A stretch of DNA of 64,000 nucleotides from the human T2T-CHM13v2.0 reference genome, Homo sapiens. The notes under the pieces are model-generated. The model was not told the origin of the DNA. It saw only the letters and a program-made list of their open reading frames with translations, and searched no databases. The stretch lies in assembly GCF_009914755.1 (NCBI RefSeq), contig NC_060935.1; one strand, written 5' to 3'. Shown in pieces: positions 30,060 to 64,000 of this stretch (position 1 is its first letter; each line of letters begins with the position of its first letter). Position numbers and translations under genes: made by a program.

Positions 30060-31330
30060 AGACGTAATATAAGATAACAAGCAGAGCTACAAGACAACAG
30101 TGAAGTAGGAAAGGGACATAAGAATTTCAGGGAAGTAGGTTGCAATATGGTGATCAGGGAACAACTTTAGAAGCCGTTAAGAACTGAGAAATGTGAGGGA
30201 ACTGGCTATAAAGACTCCTAAGGGGAAGAGCATTGCAACAACAGCGTGGAGTGAAGGCAAGGCATTGCTCATACCATGGTATTCTAGAAACTGAATTCTA
30301 GAATCATACTATGTTATTCTAGAAACTGAATTCTAGATCATACCATGTTATTCTAGAAACCCTTTGGAATGGATTGAACAAAGAGGAAAAGAGTAGGAGA
30401 CACAAGCAAGTGAGTAAAGAGGGCAAAAGCACAAAGATCTTGCACATCTTTGTAAGAGTCTAACTTTTACTCTGAATAAGTGGAAAAGTCATTGGATGGA
30501 GTTCTTAGAAGAGAAAACTAACATGATCTAACTGGCATTTTAACAGGACCATTTTGGCTGCCATGTGGAAAGACTCAAGTGGGATAAGAATAAAAGCAGG
30601 AAGACCAATTAGAGGCCAATCATGGCCCCATGTAGAGTGAAAACATTGGAGCTGGGAGAAACTAGTCATGTTCTAGATGCATTTTGAAGGTAGAATCTAG
30701 GAGATGTTGCTAATTAATAAGCGACAGAGTGTAAGAAAGAGAGTGGTCAAGAATAATATAAAACGACTCTCCCTAACATGGAATAATGCCATTTACTGCA
30801 GTGGAGAAGACTGAATGAGGATCAGGTTAGGGAGGATTGTTAGTAAAATTTTTTTCTTAATGATAACACTTAAGCAAATAATATAGCTCTTAGAATACAA
30901 TGATAAAACAGTATTCCCTGTGAACTCAATTTTCTTAAGATGCCCAGGAGACATTAGGGAAGAAATATTAATTGGGCATTGGAATCCATGAGTCTCACTT
31001 CAGGGAGGAGGCATAGTCAGGGGAGGTAACATTGGAGTCATGTGCATATGGAAGCATTTAAAGTCATCAGATTGGATGAGATTACCAGAAACTGATGGCA
31101 GATGGAGAAGACCAGTGGTTCAAGCGCTGATTCTGGGGACACTCCAAAGTTCAAAAGTCTGTTCTGTAGCACTGAGACACATGCAGCAAGAGAAGTAGAA
31201 GCAAACCAGACAGGTATGACAACCTGAAAACCAAGTAAAGATTTTCCAGCAGAGAAGGAGTGAGAAACTATGACAAACGCTGCAGGTAGATCTAATCAGA
31301 AGAGAACTTCATCATTCGGTTTAATCATGT
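30060..31330 (-). mobile_element. L2 LINE remnant (unit A; paralog at about 41220-42430)
   Basis: Purine-rich L2-type text: ttttgaaggtagaatctagg..., ggaataatgccatttactg..gagaagactg, gcatttaaagtcat.agattggatgagattacc. Confidence 0.7.
30910..31219 (+). promoter_or_regulatory. Candidate OR9G promoter/non-coding first exon with 5' splice donor (paralog at about 42003-42316)
   Basis: O/E(EBF)-like GCCCAGGAGA at 30942-30951, homeodomain-type TAATTG at 30969-30974 and donor CAG|GTATGA at 31213/31214. The O/E-like site and donor are identical in unit B, where the homeodomain site reads TAATTA. Function is inferred. Confidence 0.35.
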
Positions 31331-32410
31331 GAGATCATTGCAACTTGAATGGAGTAGAGGTAGCAAAAGCTCAAGTGGAACAATCTTATATTGTTCTATA
31401 TTTACTCAGAAATAACACTGTTTACTAACATTGATGTTTATTAATGCTAATATTGAGAGTTGAGTGTGAACTGAGTGTTTTTCCTAGGTCCCAAGAGGAA
31501 GATCATACAAATACAAATCATGTACACTTGAATTTTAACTTATTTACCTACAAAATGACTTAGGTTAATGAGAAGTTAGTCTGTCAAGAATTGTCTTTAC
31601 AGTGTAAGACAGATGTATGCTAGATATATTTCGCTCTACCCATTTCAATAGAACATTTGTAGTTCTATATGAAGAGAATCCTGAAGAGAGTGGGTAGATT
31701 TTCAAGTCATCATAAGAAATACTGTAGTATAAATAAATTACATTTAAAACTGGTGTTTCAATTATTGTTATTATTGTGTTTATTATAGAATATGTGTAAA
31801 ATATAGTAAATACTGTGTACTTCGTAATTTCATCATTGTATATCATTCTTCTGTACACATTTTCCCCAAAACATTGTATCTATTATCTTTTCCCTTTATA
31901 CTTTTCTTAGTATTTTCTTAGGCCTATATATAATATTATGAGATATGAATTTATAATGCTTTCATAATGTTTCAATGCATAGAAACTAGAGGAAAAATAC
32001 TTTATTCTTTTTAAACTATATTTAAAAGAGGGATGCCCAGTATTTTAAAGACAAACAAGTGATACTTAAAAATAGAAATGTACACATTTAGCAAAAGAGA
32101 AAATTGACAAAAGGAAGAGGATCAAAGTATAAGAAAAATAGCAATTATAAGTACATCTTTTCTTCACTTGAACAGTCATTCCTAAAGGAAAAACATAATT
32201 AAACAACTTAAGAAATTTAGAATTGAATACATAATTGCAAAGCCTGATTGTTGCAAAATGAAGACTTTCTAAAACAAACAATTAGATTGTTGGTTCTAGA
32301 CTTCACGAAACACTGCAAATGTGATCTTATGTAACATAATTCTACATATTCATGACAGTAATGCAAACTGAGCTCATTTTCTTTCCCCATAGGTGAGATT
32401 CCTTACAGCC

Positions 32411-33328
32411 ATGCAGAGGAGCAATCATACAGTGACTGAGTTTATACTGCTGGGCTTCACCACAGACCCAGGAATGCAGCTGGGCCTCTTCGTGGTGTTC
32501 CTGGGCGTGTACTCTCTCACTGTGGTAGGAAATAGCACCCTCATCGTGTTGATCTGTAATGACTCCCGCCTCCACACACCCATGTATTTTTTCATTGGAA
32601 ATCTGTCGTTTCTGGATCTCTGGTATTCTTCTGTCTACACCCCAAAGATCCTAGTGACCTGCATCTCTGAAGACAAAAGCATCTCCTTTGCTGGCTGCCT
32701 GGGTCAGTTCTTCTTCTCTGCAGGGCTGGCCTATAGTGAGTGCTACCTGCTGGCTGCCGTGGCTTATGACCGCTACGTGGCCATCTCCAAGCCCCTGCTT
32801 TATGCTCAGGCCATGTCCATAAAGCTGTGTGCATTGCTGGTAGCAGTCTCATATTGTGGTGGCTTTATTAACTCTTCAATCATCACCAAGAAAACGTTTT
32901 CCTTTAACTTCTGCCGTGAAAACATCATTGATGACTTTTTCTGTGATTTGCTTCCCTTGGTGGAGCTGGCCTGTGGCGAGAAGGGCGGCTATAAAATTAT
33001 GATGTACTTCCTGCTGGCCTCCAATGTCATCTGCCCCGCGGTGCTCATCCTGGCCTCCTACCTCTTTATCATCACCAGTGTCTTGAGGATCTCCTCCTCC
33101 CAGGGCCGCCTCAAAGCCTTCTCCACATGCTCCTCCCACCTGACCTCTGTCACTTTATACTATGGCTCCATTCTCTACATCTACGCTCTCCCCAGATCTA
33201 GCTATTCTTTTGATATGGACAAAATAGTTTCTACATTTTACACTGTGGTATTCCCCATGTTGAATCTCATGATCTACAGCCTAAGGAATAAGGATGTGAA
33301 AGAGGCTCTGAAAAAACTTCTCCCATAA
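32411..33328 (+). CDS. OR9G1: Olfactory receptor 9G1-type, intact, 305 aa
   Basis: ATG at 32411 (MQRSNHTVTEFILLG) after the acceptor tttctttccccatag. OR motifs LHTPMY, (V)AYDRYVAI, FFCD, KAFSTCSSHL, PMLN(L)MIYSLRN; N-glycosylation site N5. Resembles remembered OR9G1 (V117, R169, E185, L286). Confidence 0.92.
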   Translation: MQRSNHTVTEFILLGFTTDPGMQLGLFVVFLGVYSLTVVGNSTLIVLICNDSRLHTPMYFFIGNLSFLDLWYSSVYTPKILVTCISEDKSISFAGCLGQFFFSAGLAYSECYLLAAVAYDRYVAISKPLLYAQAMSIKLCALLVAVSYCGGFINSSIITKKTFSFNFCRENIIDDFFCDLLPLVELACGEKGGYKIMMYFLLASNVICPAVLILASYLFIITSVLRISSSQGRLKAFSTCSSHLTSVTLYYGSILYIYALPRSSYSFDMDKIVSTFYTVVFPMLNLMIYSLRNKDVKEALKKLLP

Positions 33329-34191
33329 ATCAAGATTATCTCCACCAGAGGAGAAACAAAGACGACCTTAGATGGAGTGTTGTGTATTTCAAACAGAGTT
33401 ACCATTGTGCTTTATCGTGATCAGTCCCCTTCTTGACACGTGAGAGTTACAGACATGTACAATAAGAAAATTAGGAAAATTTCGGACAAAAACATCTGAA
33501 TATATAAGAATTTGAATTGAATTTCCTATCTCTCTTATTAAAAACAAACATAAACCTTAAGCCCAAAACCTCTCCTATACCTTCATAAAGTGAGGAACAG
33601 CCTACCTCATTAGCCTAAGATTTGGCTAACTGATACATATAGAAAAGTATCTATATAGTTCCTAGAACTAGGAAGAATTGTGCTCAATTTTTAATATTTT
33701 CCTATGTTTAACTGGATGAAATTCATCACTTTCCATTCCCTGAACAGAATATCTTAAACATTGTTCTACATGCTTTCCCCCCACAAGAAGAATTAGCACA
33801 AAGATCCAGAGGCACCCAAGAAATAACTCAGTACAAATGAGACCCAGAAAGGCATGACCTTGCTATGCCTCTTACATAAGTTTCTTGATGAAGAAAAAAT
33901 TCATCAAGATGCCATATATATGATTTTTGTAATTCACTGTATAACTCCCAGAGCTCCTCTTTATTTTACAGGGGTGAACTTACAAGGACTTTTACATTAA
34001 AATTGTGACCTTCTGAGCATCAAAGGGCAATTATCATCATTTAAAAAATAATTATTATTTTGGCTAAGTGAAACAATATCAAAAATAAAAGTCTATGAGT
34101 ACACATTGATCAACAGATATTTTATTTTTATTTTTTAATAGATATTTTATAGAGAGAATATGTATGTACAGGTGTGATTCAACAAAAGGAT

Positions 34192-35092
34192 ATTTCACTT
34201 AGCATAATGTCTTCTAGGTTTATTCACGTTGTTGTAGGTGACAGAATTACATTTCTTGTAAGGCTGATTATTATTCCATTGTGTACTATATGCCACTTTT
34301 TCTTTTATCGATTTATCTGTTGATGGGCACTTACGTTGTTTCTAATTGTTAGCTATTGTGAATAATACTGCAATGAACATGAAAGCACAGATATCTCCTC
34401 AACATACCTATATCAATTCCTGTAAGCATCTACCCAGAAGTGGAATTGTTAGATCATATGGTAATTCTATTTTTAGTTTTTGGAGAGACCTCTATATTGT
34501 TTTCCAAAATGGCTGTGCTAATGTACATTCCCATCAATGGAGTATAAGAGTTCCCTTTACTCCACATCCTGGCCAATGCTTGATAATTTTCATCTTTTTG
34601 ATAATGACCATTGTAATATAATGCATAATGTATAATATACGAAGTGATATTTCATTATGATAAGTGAAATAAGCCAGGCACAGAAGAAAACATATTGAAT
34701 CATCCCACTTATGAGTGGGTTCTAAAAGTTAGAACTCCTACAAGTAGAGAATACAATAGTAGTTGCCAGTGACTGGGGCAGGGTGGGTGGAGAAAGGAGA
34801 AGTGTTGATCAAAGGGTACAAAGTTTCATGTAGGCAGGAGGAATAAGTTCTGGTGAACTATTGCAGGACAAGGTGACTACAGTTAACAGTAATGTATTGT
34901 GTATTTCAAAATCATTTAAAAAGTGGATCTTACATGTTCTCACCACAAAGCAGTGGTAAGTATATGAGGTGATGGACATAATAATTAGTCGAAGATGTTC
35001 AATCTACAATGTATACATGTACTGAAGCATTGTCTTTTACCCCATACATATATAAAATTATGGTTTATCAATATGAATAAAATTTAAAAAAC
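34192..35092 (+). mobile_element. L1MA 3' fragment with 5' inversion (minus about 34192-34655, plus about 34660-35092); paralog at about 45283-46166
   Basis: The minus piece starts atttcacttagcataatgtc, and the plus piece restarts at the same L1 position (taagtgaaataagccaggcac). This is twin-priming geometry. Confidence 0.8.
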
Positions 35093-36339
35093 AAAAAGAT
35101 GAATATGACAAGTGGCATTTAATTTTGATTAGTTTTTCAATGTAAGACAGTACTAATGTAATTTATGTTTATAAACACAAATACTTCCTTATTTGAATTG
35201 GTATAAGCAGTAGAGAAAGAAAATGCAAGAAACTGAATTAGGCAAGTAGGCCCAGAAAATGTAGGAGTTTCACACAGAGTAGAAAGATTAAATTCACATT
35301 GGCAATCATGGACACTAACACAGTAAGTGGGTGCAAGGAATAAAATCAATACAGGTTGTAACACACAGTAATGCAGCCGAAACAGAGTTCAACAGTGTAA
35401 TTCTAAGATGCCCGACCTAGGTAATGTTCTGAAAAGGAACAGTATTTATGCCAACTCAGTCTTCTGGTTTTCTAAAATACGTGTTCTATTTCCCACTAAT
35501 GATATTAAAATTCCTATAAAATACATTCTTTTGAAGTAATCTTAACTGACTCAATTATTATATTACAGTGGCAGTAAATCAATTATGTTATGTTGCTTGA
35601 CTGAAACTAGGAAACACATCATTCCAGAGGGAAGCATCAATTACAGAAAGCAAAACTGATGTGACTCATCTATTTTTAAAACACCGTGGTATCACAAACC
35701 CTGACATGTAACTATAGAAGAAAGTCTCAAACTACTTGAGGACTTCTATTCTAATATTTTTAGGGGAGGCTCCCAAAATTCATTCTTCAAATAAGAATAA
35801 GAATATGCCCATATATTATAAACGTGGCTGGCCTATGTACATATTCACATTATTTGATGCTGGAAGTTAGCTCTAGAATCATGTCTAAGAAATATTACAG
35901 AGACCTTAGTGAAAAGATAAAGCACAGCTAATAATAATCTTAGGAAGACATAAAAATAAATAAGAACATAAAATATAATTAAGCATGTGGCATTGATGAT
36001 TTATAACATAATTTAGAAATAAGTTTTAGTGTAAATCTAGCAGTCAGTTTTCCACTCACTTTTGGAAATGTTTCATCTGCAACTTATAGATTCGAAGAAT
36101 TCAGAAAAATCTTTCATATTAATTTGAAATTAAAATACAAATTCCTAAGGGAATTTGATACTGAATTCAAAAATGAAGTTTAGATTCTTGAGGTAAAGTG
36201 GTTTGTAAGATTTTTCCTCTAGATATATAAGTTTTAATAAATAAAACATTTCTAAAAGTACAAAAGTGTATGGACTCTTCCTTACAAAAAAAAATCTCTT
36301 AAACTTAATGTTCTTTGAAAAATGCACAGCTCTTAGTGG

Positions 36340-36716
36340 TTGCATTAGTCTGGATTCTTCAGAGAAGTAGAAGCAATAGAATGTGTGCAAATTTTGTGCG
36401 CATGTGTGTATGTGTTTGTGTATACATATAAGGCATATATGTGGCACATGTGTGTGTGTGTGCATATGTGTGTGTGTGTGTGTATACACACACAGAGAGA
36501 TTAATTTTGAAGCCTGTGAAGTCTAAATCTGCAGTGTGGCCAAGGATACTTGAGACCAACGAGAGCTGTTGGTGCACTTTCAGGCTGGCAGCTTAGAGGC
36601 CAAGGAGGTCAATGGTGCAGATTAAATCCAGGAGCAGAGTGCCAGAGAATTCCCTCTTGCTTAGAGAAGTCCATTTTTCTTCTTCTTTTTTCTATTTTGG
36701 CCATTAACTGATTGGT
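36340..36716 (-). mobile_element. MLT2 (ERVL) LTR with internal (TG)n, cut by the adjacent L1; paralog at about 47410-47729
   Basis: tgcattagtctggattcttcagagaagtagaagcaatagaatg, then (TG)n...aatctgcagtgtggcc...gagaattccctcttgct...aactgattgg. Confidence 0.75.
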
Positions 36717-36749
36717 TTTCTTATTTAAAATTCCCTTGTTAGTAGTTTT

Positions 36750-57460
<20,711 letters not shown>

Positions 57461-58718
57461 TTACAGGTGGTAATACTGGAGGTTTTTCCAGGTAACAGCA
57501 CTGAGCTCTGTGAGTCATCACTAACAAGGACATGGTGGTGGTGAGTAGCATAAGATGTGCCTAGACAGAAAGGCTGTAATGTATGACCTTTACATATCCT
57601 GCAAAGAAACCTGACCCATTATCTTGTAAAGTTGTCAGATTGGTGTTCAGTTGGTGAGAGGGGCTAGTGATTTATAATGGGGTCACAATTCAACAACTGC
57701 AAAGCCTCCGATTCCATTTCTACCTACAGAGGTAGAAACTACCCAAATCTCATCTTTCCATTCTGTTTAATGAGATCTCCTTAATCACAGAAGATCCTTA
57801 ATCACCCATATGTTAGATATATGCAATCCTTGGTCCTTTTTTCTGTCTTTCCCCAAAATGGCTTCTGGCCCCTGCCCCAGGACACGCTTTCCCTGAGCAG
57901 CTCTGTCTGCTGGCTCTGCATGTGTGGTCCCTCACAAACCTAGGGTGTTTTGTCATGATCTCTGTCCCTTGCCTTCCATCAGTCCTTCCTCCATTCTGAA
58001 CTTCCAGAGTGGGCTTGCACAAATGAGCACTAGGTGAGTTGGATAGAGGAATTTCTCTTCAAATCCATTTGTAACGGTGATACACTTTTCCCACGGTACA
58101 ATAAAGGGATGACTTGTAGGTTTTCAGAGATTCAAAGATTCAAAGATAAAAGGTATTGAAAGATAAAAAGATGTCATTTTGCTTGACAAAATATTTCTTT
58201 TCTCTTTGTTTCCAGAACTCAGTCATGAAGCCTTGGGGATTCCATCAAAAAGCATTTCTCTCAGGGATGTGATGCTGAATTTTCTTTACTATTATCACAG
58301 AGAGTGTCTTCAGGTAGCAATTTCAAGAACTTCATTTGCATGTGAACCTTTCAACAATGATAATTCTCATTTCAAGTGTCAAAGAAAGTAAACTAAAATG
58401 AAGATTTTGCTTCATTCTGTGTGTCTATACCCAATATAATTTTCGGGCCTGGGTAGATAATCATGAGCTATATACTTGGTGCCATTGAACCCATCTAGAG
58501 ATGCACTCAGGCCAAAATAATCTTTCAAATTGCTTTCATTAGCCACACTGGTGAGAATGTACCTCACTGGCATTTTCCCACCTCTAGACATTAGTGTCAT
58601 TCCAAAACCGATATCCAACAATACCCAAAAGGTCTGGGATGTGTTTTGCAGAGTGTAGGATTACTCTGGTAAATGTCTGAAAATCATTCATGAAAATGCA
58701 CGGAGAAAGACGTAAATA

Positions 58719-59887
58719 TAGTCATGCCCTTACGAATGACATTCCAGTAAATGATGAGCTGCATATGTGATGGTGGCCCCATAAGATTATAATGGAGCGT
58801 GAAAATTTCTGTCACCTAGTGACATCATAACCCTTGTAACATTATAGTGCAATGCTTTACTCACATGTTTGTGGTGATGCTGCTGTAAACAAACCTACTA
58901 CACTGACAGTCATTTTAAAGTACAGCACCTACAATTACGCACAATATATAATACTTGATGATGATAATAAGTGACCGTGTTACCAGCTTATTTATTTGTC
59001 ACACTATACTTTTAATCATTACTTTAGAGAATGCTTTTTTCACTTAAATAAAAGAGTAAACCATAAGACAGCCACAGGCAGGTCCTTCAGGAGGTATTCC
59101 AGGAGAAGGCATTGTTACCACAGGAAATGACAGCTCCATGCATGTTATTGACCTTGAAGACCATCCGGTAAGACAAGATGTGGAGGTGGAAGTCAGTGAT
59201 ATTGATGATCCTGACTTTGTGTAAGCCTAGGCTAATTTGTGTGTTTGTGTCTAGTTTTTAACAAAAGAAAAATTAAAGCAAAAATAAATATTTTTTAAAA
59301 TAAAAAACTTTAGAATAAAGATGTAAAGAAAGACAATATTTTTCTAATGCTGTACAATATGTGTTCTAAGTGTTACTACAAAGAATCAAAAAGTTTAAAA
59401 ATATTTAAAAGTTTATAAAGTTAAAAAAGTACAGTAAACTAAGGTTAATTAAACATTGAAGAAATAAAAATGTTTGTATAAATTGGGCGTAGCCTAATTG
59501 TCTAGTATTTATAAAGTACACATTAGTGTACAGTGATGTCATAGGCTTTCACTTTCACTCATCACTCTCACTGACTCACCCAGAGCAACTTCCAGTCTCG
59601 CAAGCTCCATTCATGCCAAGTGTGCTACAGTAGTTTTACTATGCTTTTTCTATGTTTAGATACACAAACATTTATCATTAAGTTACAATTGTCTACGGTG
59701 TTTAATGCAGTAACCTGCCGTACAGGTTTTAGCATAGAAGCAATGGGCTATACCATACAGCCTAAGTGTGTAGTAGGTTGCACCATCTAGGTTTGTGTAA
59801 TTATACTGTATGATGTTTGCACAATAATTAAACCACCTAACAATGCATTTCTCAGAACATTTTCCCATCATTAAGCAACATAGACTG
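58719..59887 (+). mobile_element. Tigger3b (MER7-type) Tc1/mariner non-autonomous DNA transposon, near full length
   Basis: Termini TA|tagtcatgc ... catagactg|TA. Internal ggtggccccataagattataatggagc and ggcaggtccttcaggaggtattccaggagaaggcattg are typical of Tigger3. Confidence 0.85.
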
Positions 59888-60015
59888 TATACCCGAGGCT
59901 AAGCTTCAGAGATTTTCACAAACGGTTCTAGCCTCTCTTTCAGTCTATGGTTTCAGTGGTTGTGAAATAGCTGAGCATAGGTGGGAGAATTTTATGAGCT
60001 TGTGTTTCCCTACTA

Positions 60016-61249
<1,234 letters not shown>

Positions 61250-61756
61250 AAGAAAAAAGCACCTTGATTTGTTAGCCATATAATTCATTACTTAGCATCC
61301 ACCAAATCCATAAGACGTTGCTACAGATGTCTGCACAACAAAATACCTGATTACCACCTACATCCTGCAATATGTATGGGAAATTGCTTCCATCTTATCT
61401 CTGACAGTTATGCACCATAAACCAGTTTCTACTACCCTGGAAACTTAATTCCACAGCAGTTTTACTCATCATCATCCCTAGCCTACACTGGGAGCCCTGC
61501 AGAGCTTTCCAACAATGACAATGACTTTGTCAACGGTGTATTCCTTAATGCATTAATAAAATGAGATCCCTGGAGCCCTAGGGTGAGCCAGATGAGAGAT
61601 TGTGGGGTGGGGGAAGAGCAGGCAGTGATGGTTAGTTAGGCAGTGACAGAGCGGATTACACATATGGCATCAGTTACAATATATCTATCTTCAGATACTT
61701 TCAGACATCATCTTCTGTAGTCTGTCAGGTTGATCAAACATTTTTACCTCCATAAC

Positions 61757-62780
61757 TGTAGAGAAAAGAAGGAGAGATCAGACTGTTACTGTGTCTGTAT
61801 AGAAAGGGAAGATATAAGAAATTTCATTTTGACCTGTACCCTGAACAATTGCTTTGCCCTGAGATGCTGTTAATCTGTAACTTTGCCCCAGCCACTTTGC
61901 CCCAACCTCTTTGCTCCAACCTTGAGCTCACAAAAATATGTGTTGTATGGAATCAAGGTTTAAGAGATCTAGGGCTGTGCAGGATGTGCCTTGTTAACAA
62001 AATGTTTACAGGCAGTATGCCTGGTAAAAGTCATTGCCATTCTCTAGTCTCGATAAACCAGAGGCACAATGCACTGCGAAAAGCTGCAGGGACCTCTGCT
62101 CTGGAAAGCCAGGTATTGTCCAAGGTTTCTCCCCACGTGATAGTCTGAAATATGGCTTCGTGGCATGGGAAAGATATGACCATCCCCCAGGCTGACACCA
62201 GTAAGGGTCTGTGCTGAGGAGGATCAGTAAAAGAGGAAAGTCTCTTGCAGTTGAGATAGAGGAAGGCCACCGTCTCTTGCCTGTCCCTGGGAACCGAATG
62301 TCTCGGTATAAAACCCGATTGCACCTTTGTTCTATTCTGAGATAGGAGAAAAACCGCCCTGTGGCAGGAGGCGAGACATGTTGGCAGCAATGCTGCTTTG
62401 TTATTCTTTACTCCATTGAGATGTTTGGGTGGAGAGAAACATAAATCTGGCCTATGTGCACATCCAGGTATAGTACCTCCCCTTGAACTTAATTATGACA
62501 CAGATTCTTTTGCTCACATGTTTTTTTGCTGACCTTCTCCCTATTATCACCCTGCTCTCCTACCACATTCCTCTTGCTGAGATAGTGAAAGTAATAATCA
62601 ATAAAAACTGAAGGGAACTCAAAGACCGGTGCCGGTGCAGGTCCTTGGTATTCTGAGTGCCGGTCTCCTGGGCCCACTGTTCTTTCTCTGTGCTTTGTTT
62701 CTGTGTCTTATTTCTTTTCTCAGTCTCTTGTCCCACCTGACGAGATACACCCACAGGTGTGGTGGGGCTGGCCCCCTTCA
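61757..62780 (+). mobile_element. Solo LTR of HERV-K(HML-2), LTR5A-like, 1024 bp
   Basis: TG...CA termini (tgtagagaaaagaaggagagatcagactgttactgtgtc ... ggctggcccccttca). 6-bp TSD CATAAC at 61751-61756 and 62781-62786. Internal TATAAAA near 62307 and AATAAA near 62599. Confidence 0.93.
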
Positions 62781-62996
62781 CATAACTATAACTGCTTTCA
62801 GTTTAACATTCAGTTAAACAGCTTAGAAAATTATTGCCATTATTCCAGGAACTCAATCGATCACATTAAATCTCAAATCCATGGTGAATATGCCCATGTC
62901 AATCAACTTGGCCATATGAAACTTAGTATATTTTTCTCTTTGGTCTCATGTCTAAGAATCCATTCCTGAACTTGTTCCCCAGACACTTGCCAGTAG

Positions 62997-63328
<332 letters not shown>

Positions 63329-63708
63329 TACCAGATCAGATTTGATATCTCACTGTCTGGGCTATGATGATTTTTAAGTTTCATCAGGAACCCAGAAGTA
63401 ATGTGGAATAATGGGACTGGGCATTGAGGAGAATGGTAACAGCATGTGATCTCCTCTTTCAGGTGCAGTCAGTAAAATGCATTCATCCAGGGAAAGTCCT
63501 TGTTCTCTCAGGTTCTGGGGGGAAAAAACCCATTTTTAAAAAGAGGCTCAAGAGAATTTGAGGTTCAGAATTCTCACACTTGTCTTTCTCGGCCTAAATG
63601 CTCTCAATCCTATGTCTCAGGACATCACACCTTTCTCATTAAATACTTGCCGACATTAAGCATTTATTTGGGCTACATCTTTGCAATGCCAGCAATCAGG
63701 ACATAGCA

Positions 63709-63989
63709 TTTTTTTTCTGGGGACACGGTGTTGCTCTGTCACTCAGGCTGGAGTGATGTGGTGCAATCATAGCTCACTGCAGCCTCACATCCTCAGGCTC
63801 ACATGATCCTCTCAGCTCAGCATTCTGAGTGGCTGAGACTACAGGTGCACACCACATGCAGCTAATTTTTTATTTTTTATAGAGACGAAGGTCTCACTAT
63901 GTTGCCCAGGCTAGTCTGGCCTCAAGTGATTCTCCTGCCTTGTCCTCCCAAAGCACTGGGATTACAGGCATGTGCCACCACGCCTGGCC
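63709..63989 (-). mobile_element. AluJ
   Basis: atcatagctcactgcagcctc, gtctcactatgttgcccaggct (J-type). TSD CATAGCA on both sides. Confidence 0.9.
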
Positions 63990-64000
63990 CATAGCACTTG

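Noticed and set aside
30270-30360. Short palindromic repeats resembling a CRISPR array (also 21526-21620)
   Set aside because: The repeats are directly abutting with no unique spacers, there are no cas genes, and the context is mammalian.
32393-32410. GTG-initiated 311-aa version of the OR ORFs (also 43473)
   Set aside because: The GTG is the first bases after a splice acceptor. The ATG at 32411/43491 in a gccATG context gives the normal 305-aa OR.
32342-33139. Antisense ORFs conserved in both duplication units (e.g. 32592..32852 and 43621..43932)
   Set aside because: They are shadows of the near-identical OR coding sequences, with no independent evidence.

Overview
This is AT-rich, repeat-dense primate (almost certainly human) genomic DNA from an olfactory-receptor (OR) cluster. 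From memory of the proteins and gene order it matches human 11q12.1 (OR2AH1P - OR9G1 - OR9G9). Genes: one family-2 OR pseudogene (minus strand, 1025-1952), a full-length processed pseudogene of TMEM230 with poly(A) and target-site duplications (22245-23711), and two intact single-exon OR9G coding sequences (32411-33328 and 43491-44408). The two OR9G genes sit in an old head-to-tail ~11 kb tandem duplication (about 29735-40888 and 40889-51490). A sampled flank differs by about 13% between copies, while the coding sequences differ by only 24/918 nt. The rest is layered transposon debris: many L1s (at least five independent 5'-inverted insertions), L2, MIR, Alu, MaLR/ERVL LTRs, a solo HERV-K LTR5A and a Tigger3. 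Nearly all short ORFs in the track are L1 fragments, antisense shadows or low-complexity noise. I found no prokaryote-type system (no CRISPR, rRNA or tRNA) and cannot honestly claim a wholly new biological system. The best second-look candidates are: (i) AG|GTGAG recursive-splice-type acceptors in front of all three OR coding exons, (ii) patchy gene conversion and reciprocal signalling-motif lesions in the OR9G pair, (iii) an L2-derived candidate OR promoter/first exon, (iv) shared non-consensus variants between two distant L1PA copies, and (v) a pre-miRNA-like hairpin. Repeat boundaries and subfamily names are by-eye estimates.
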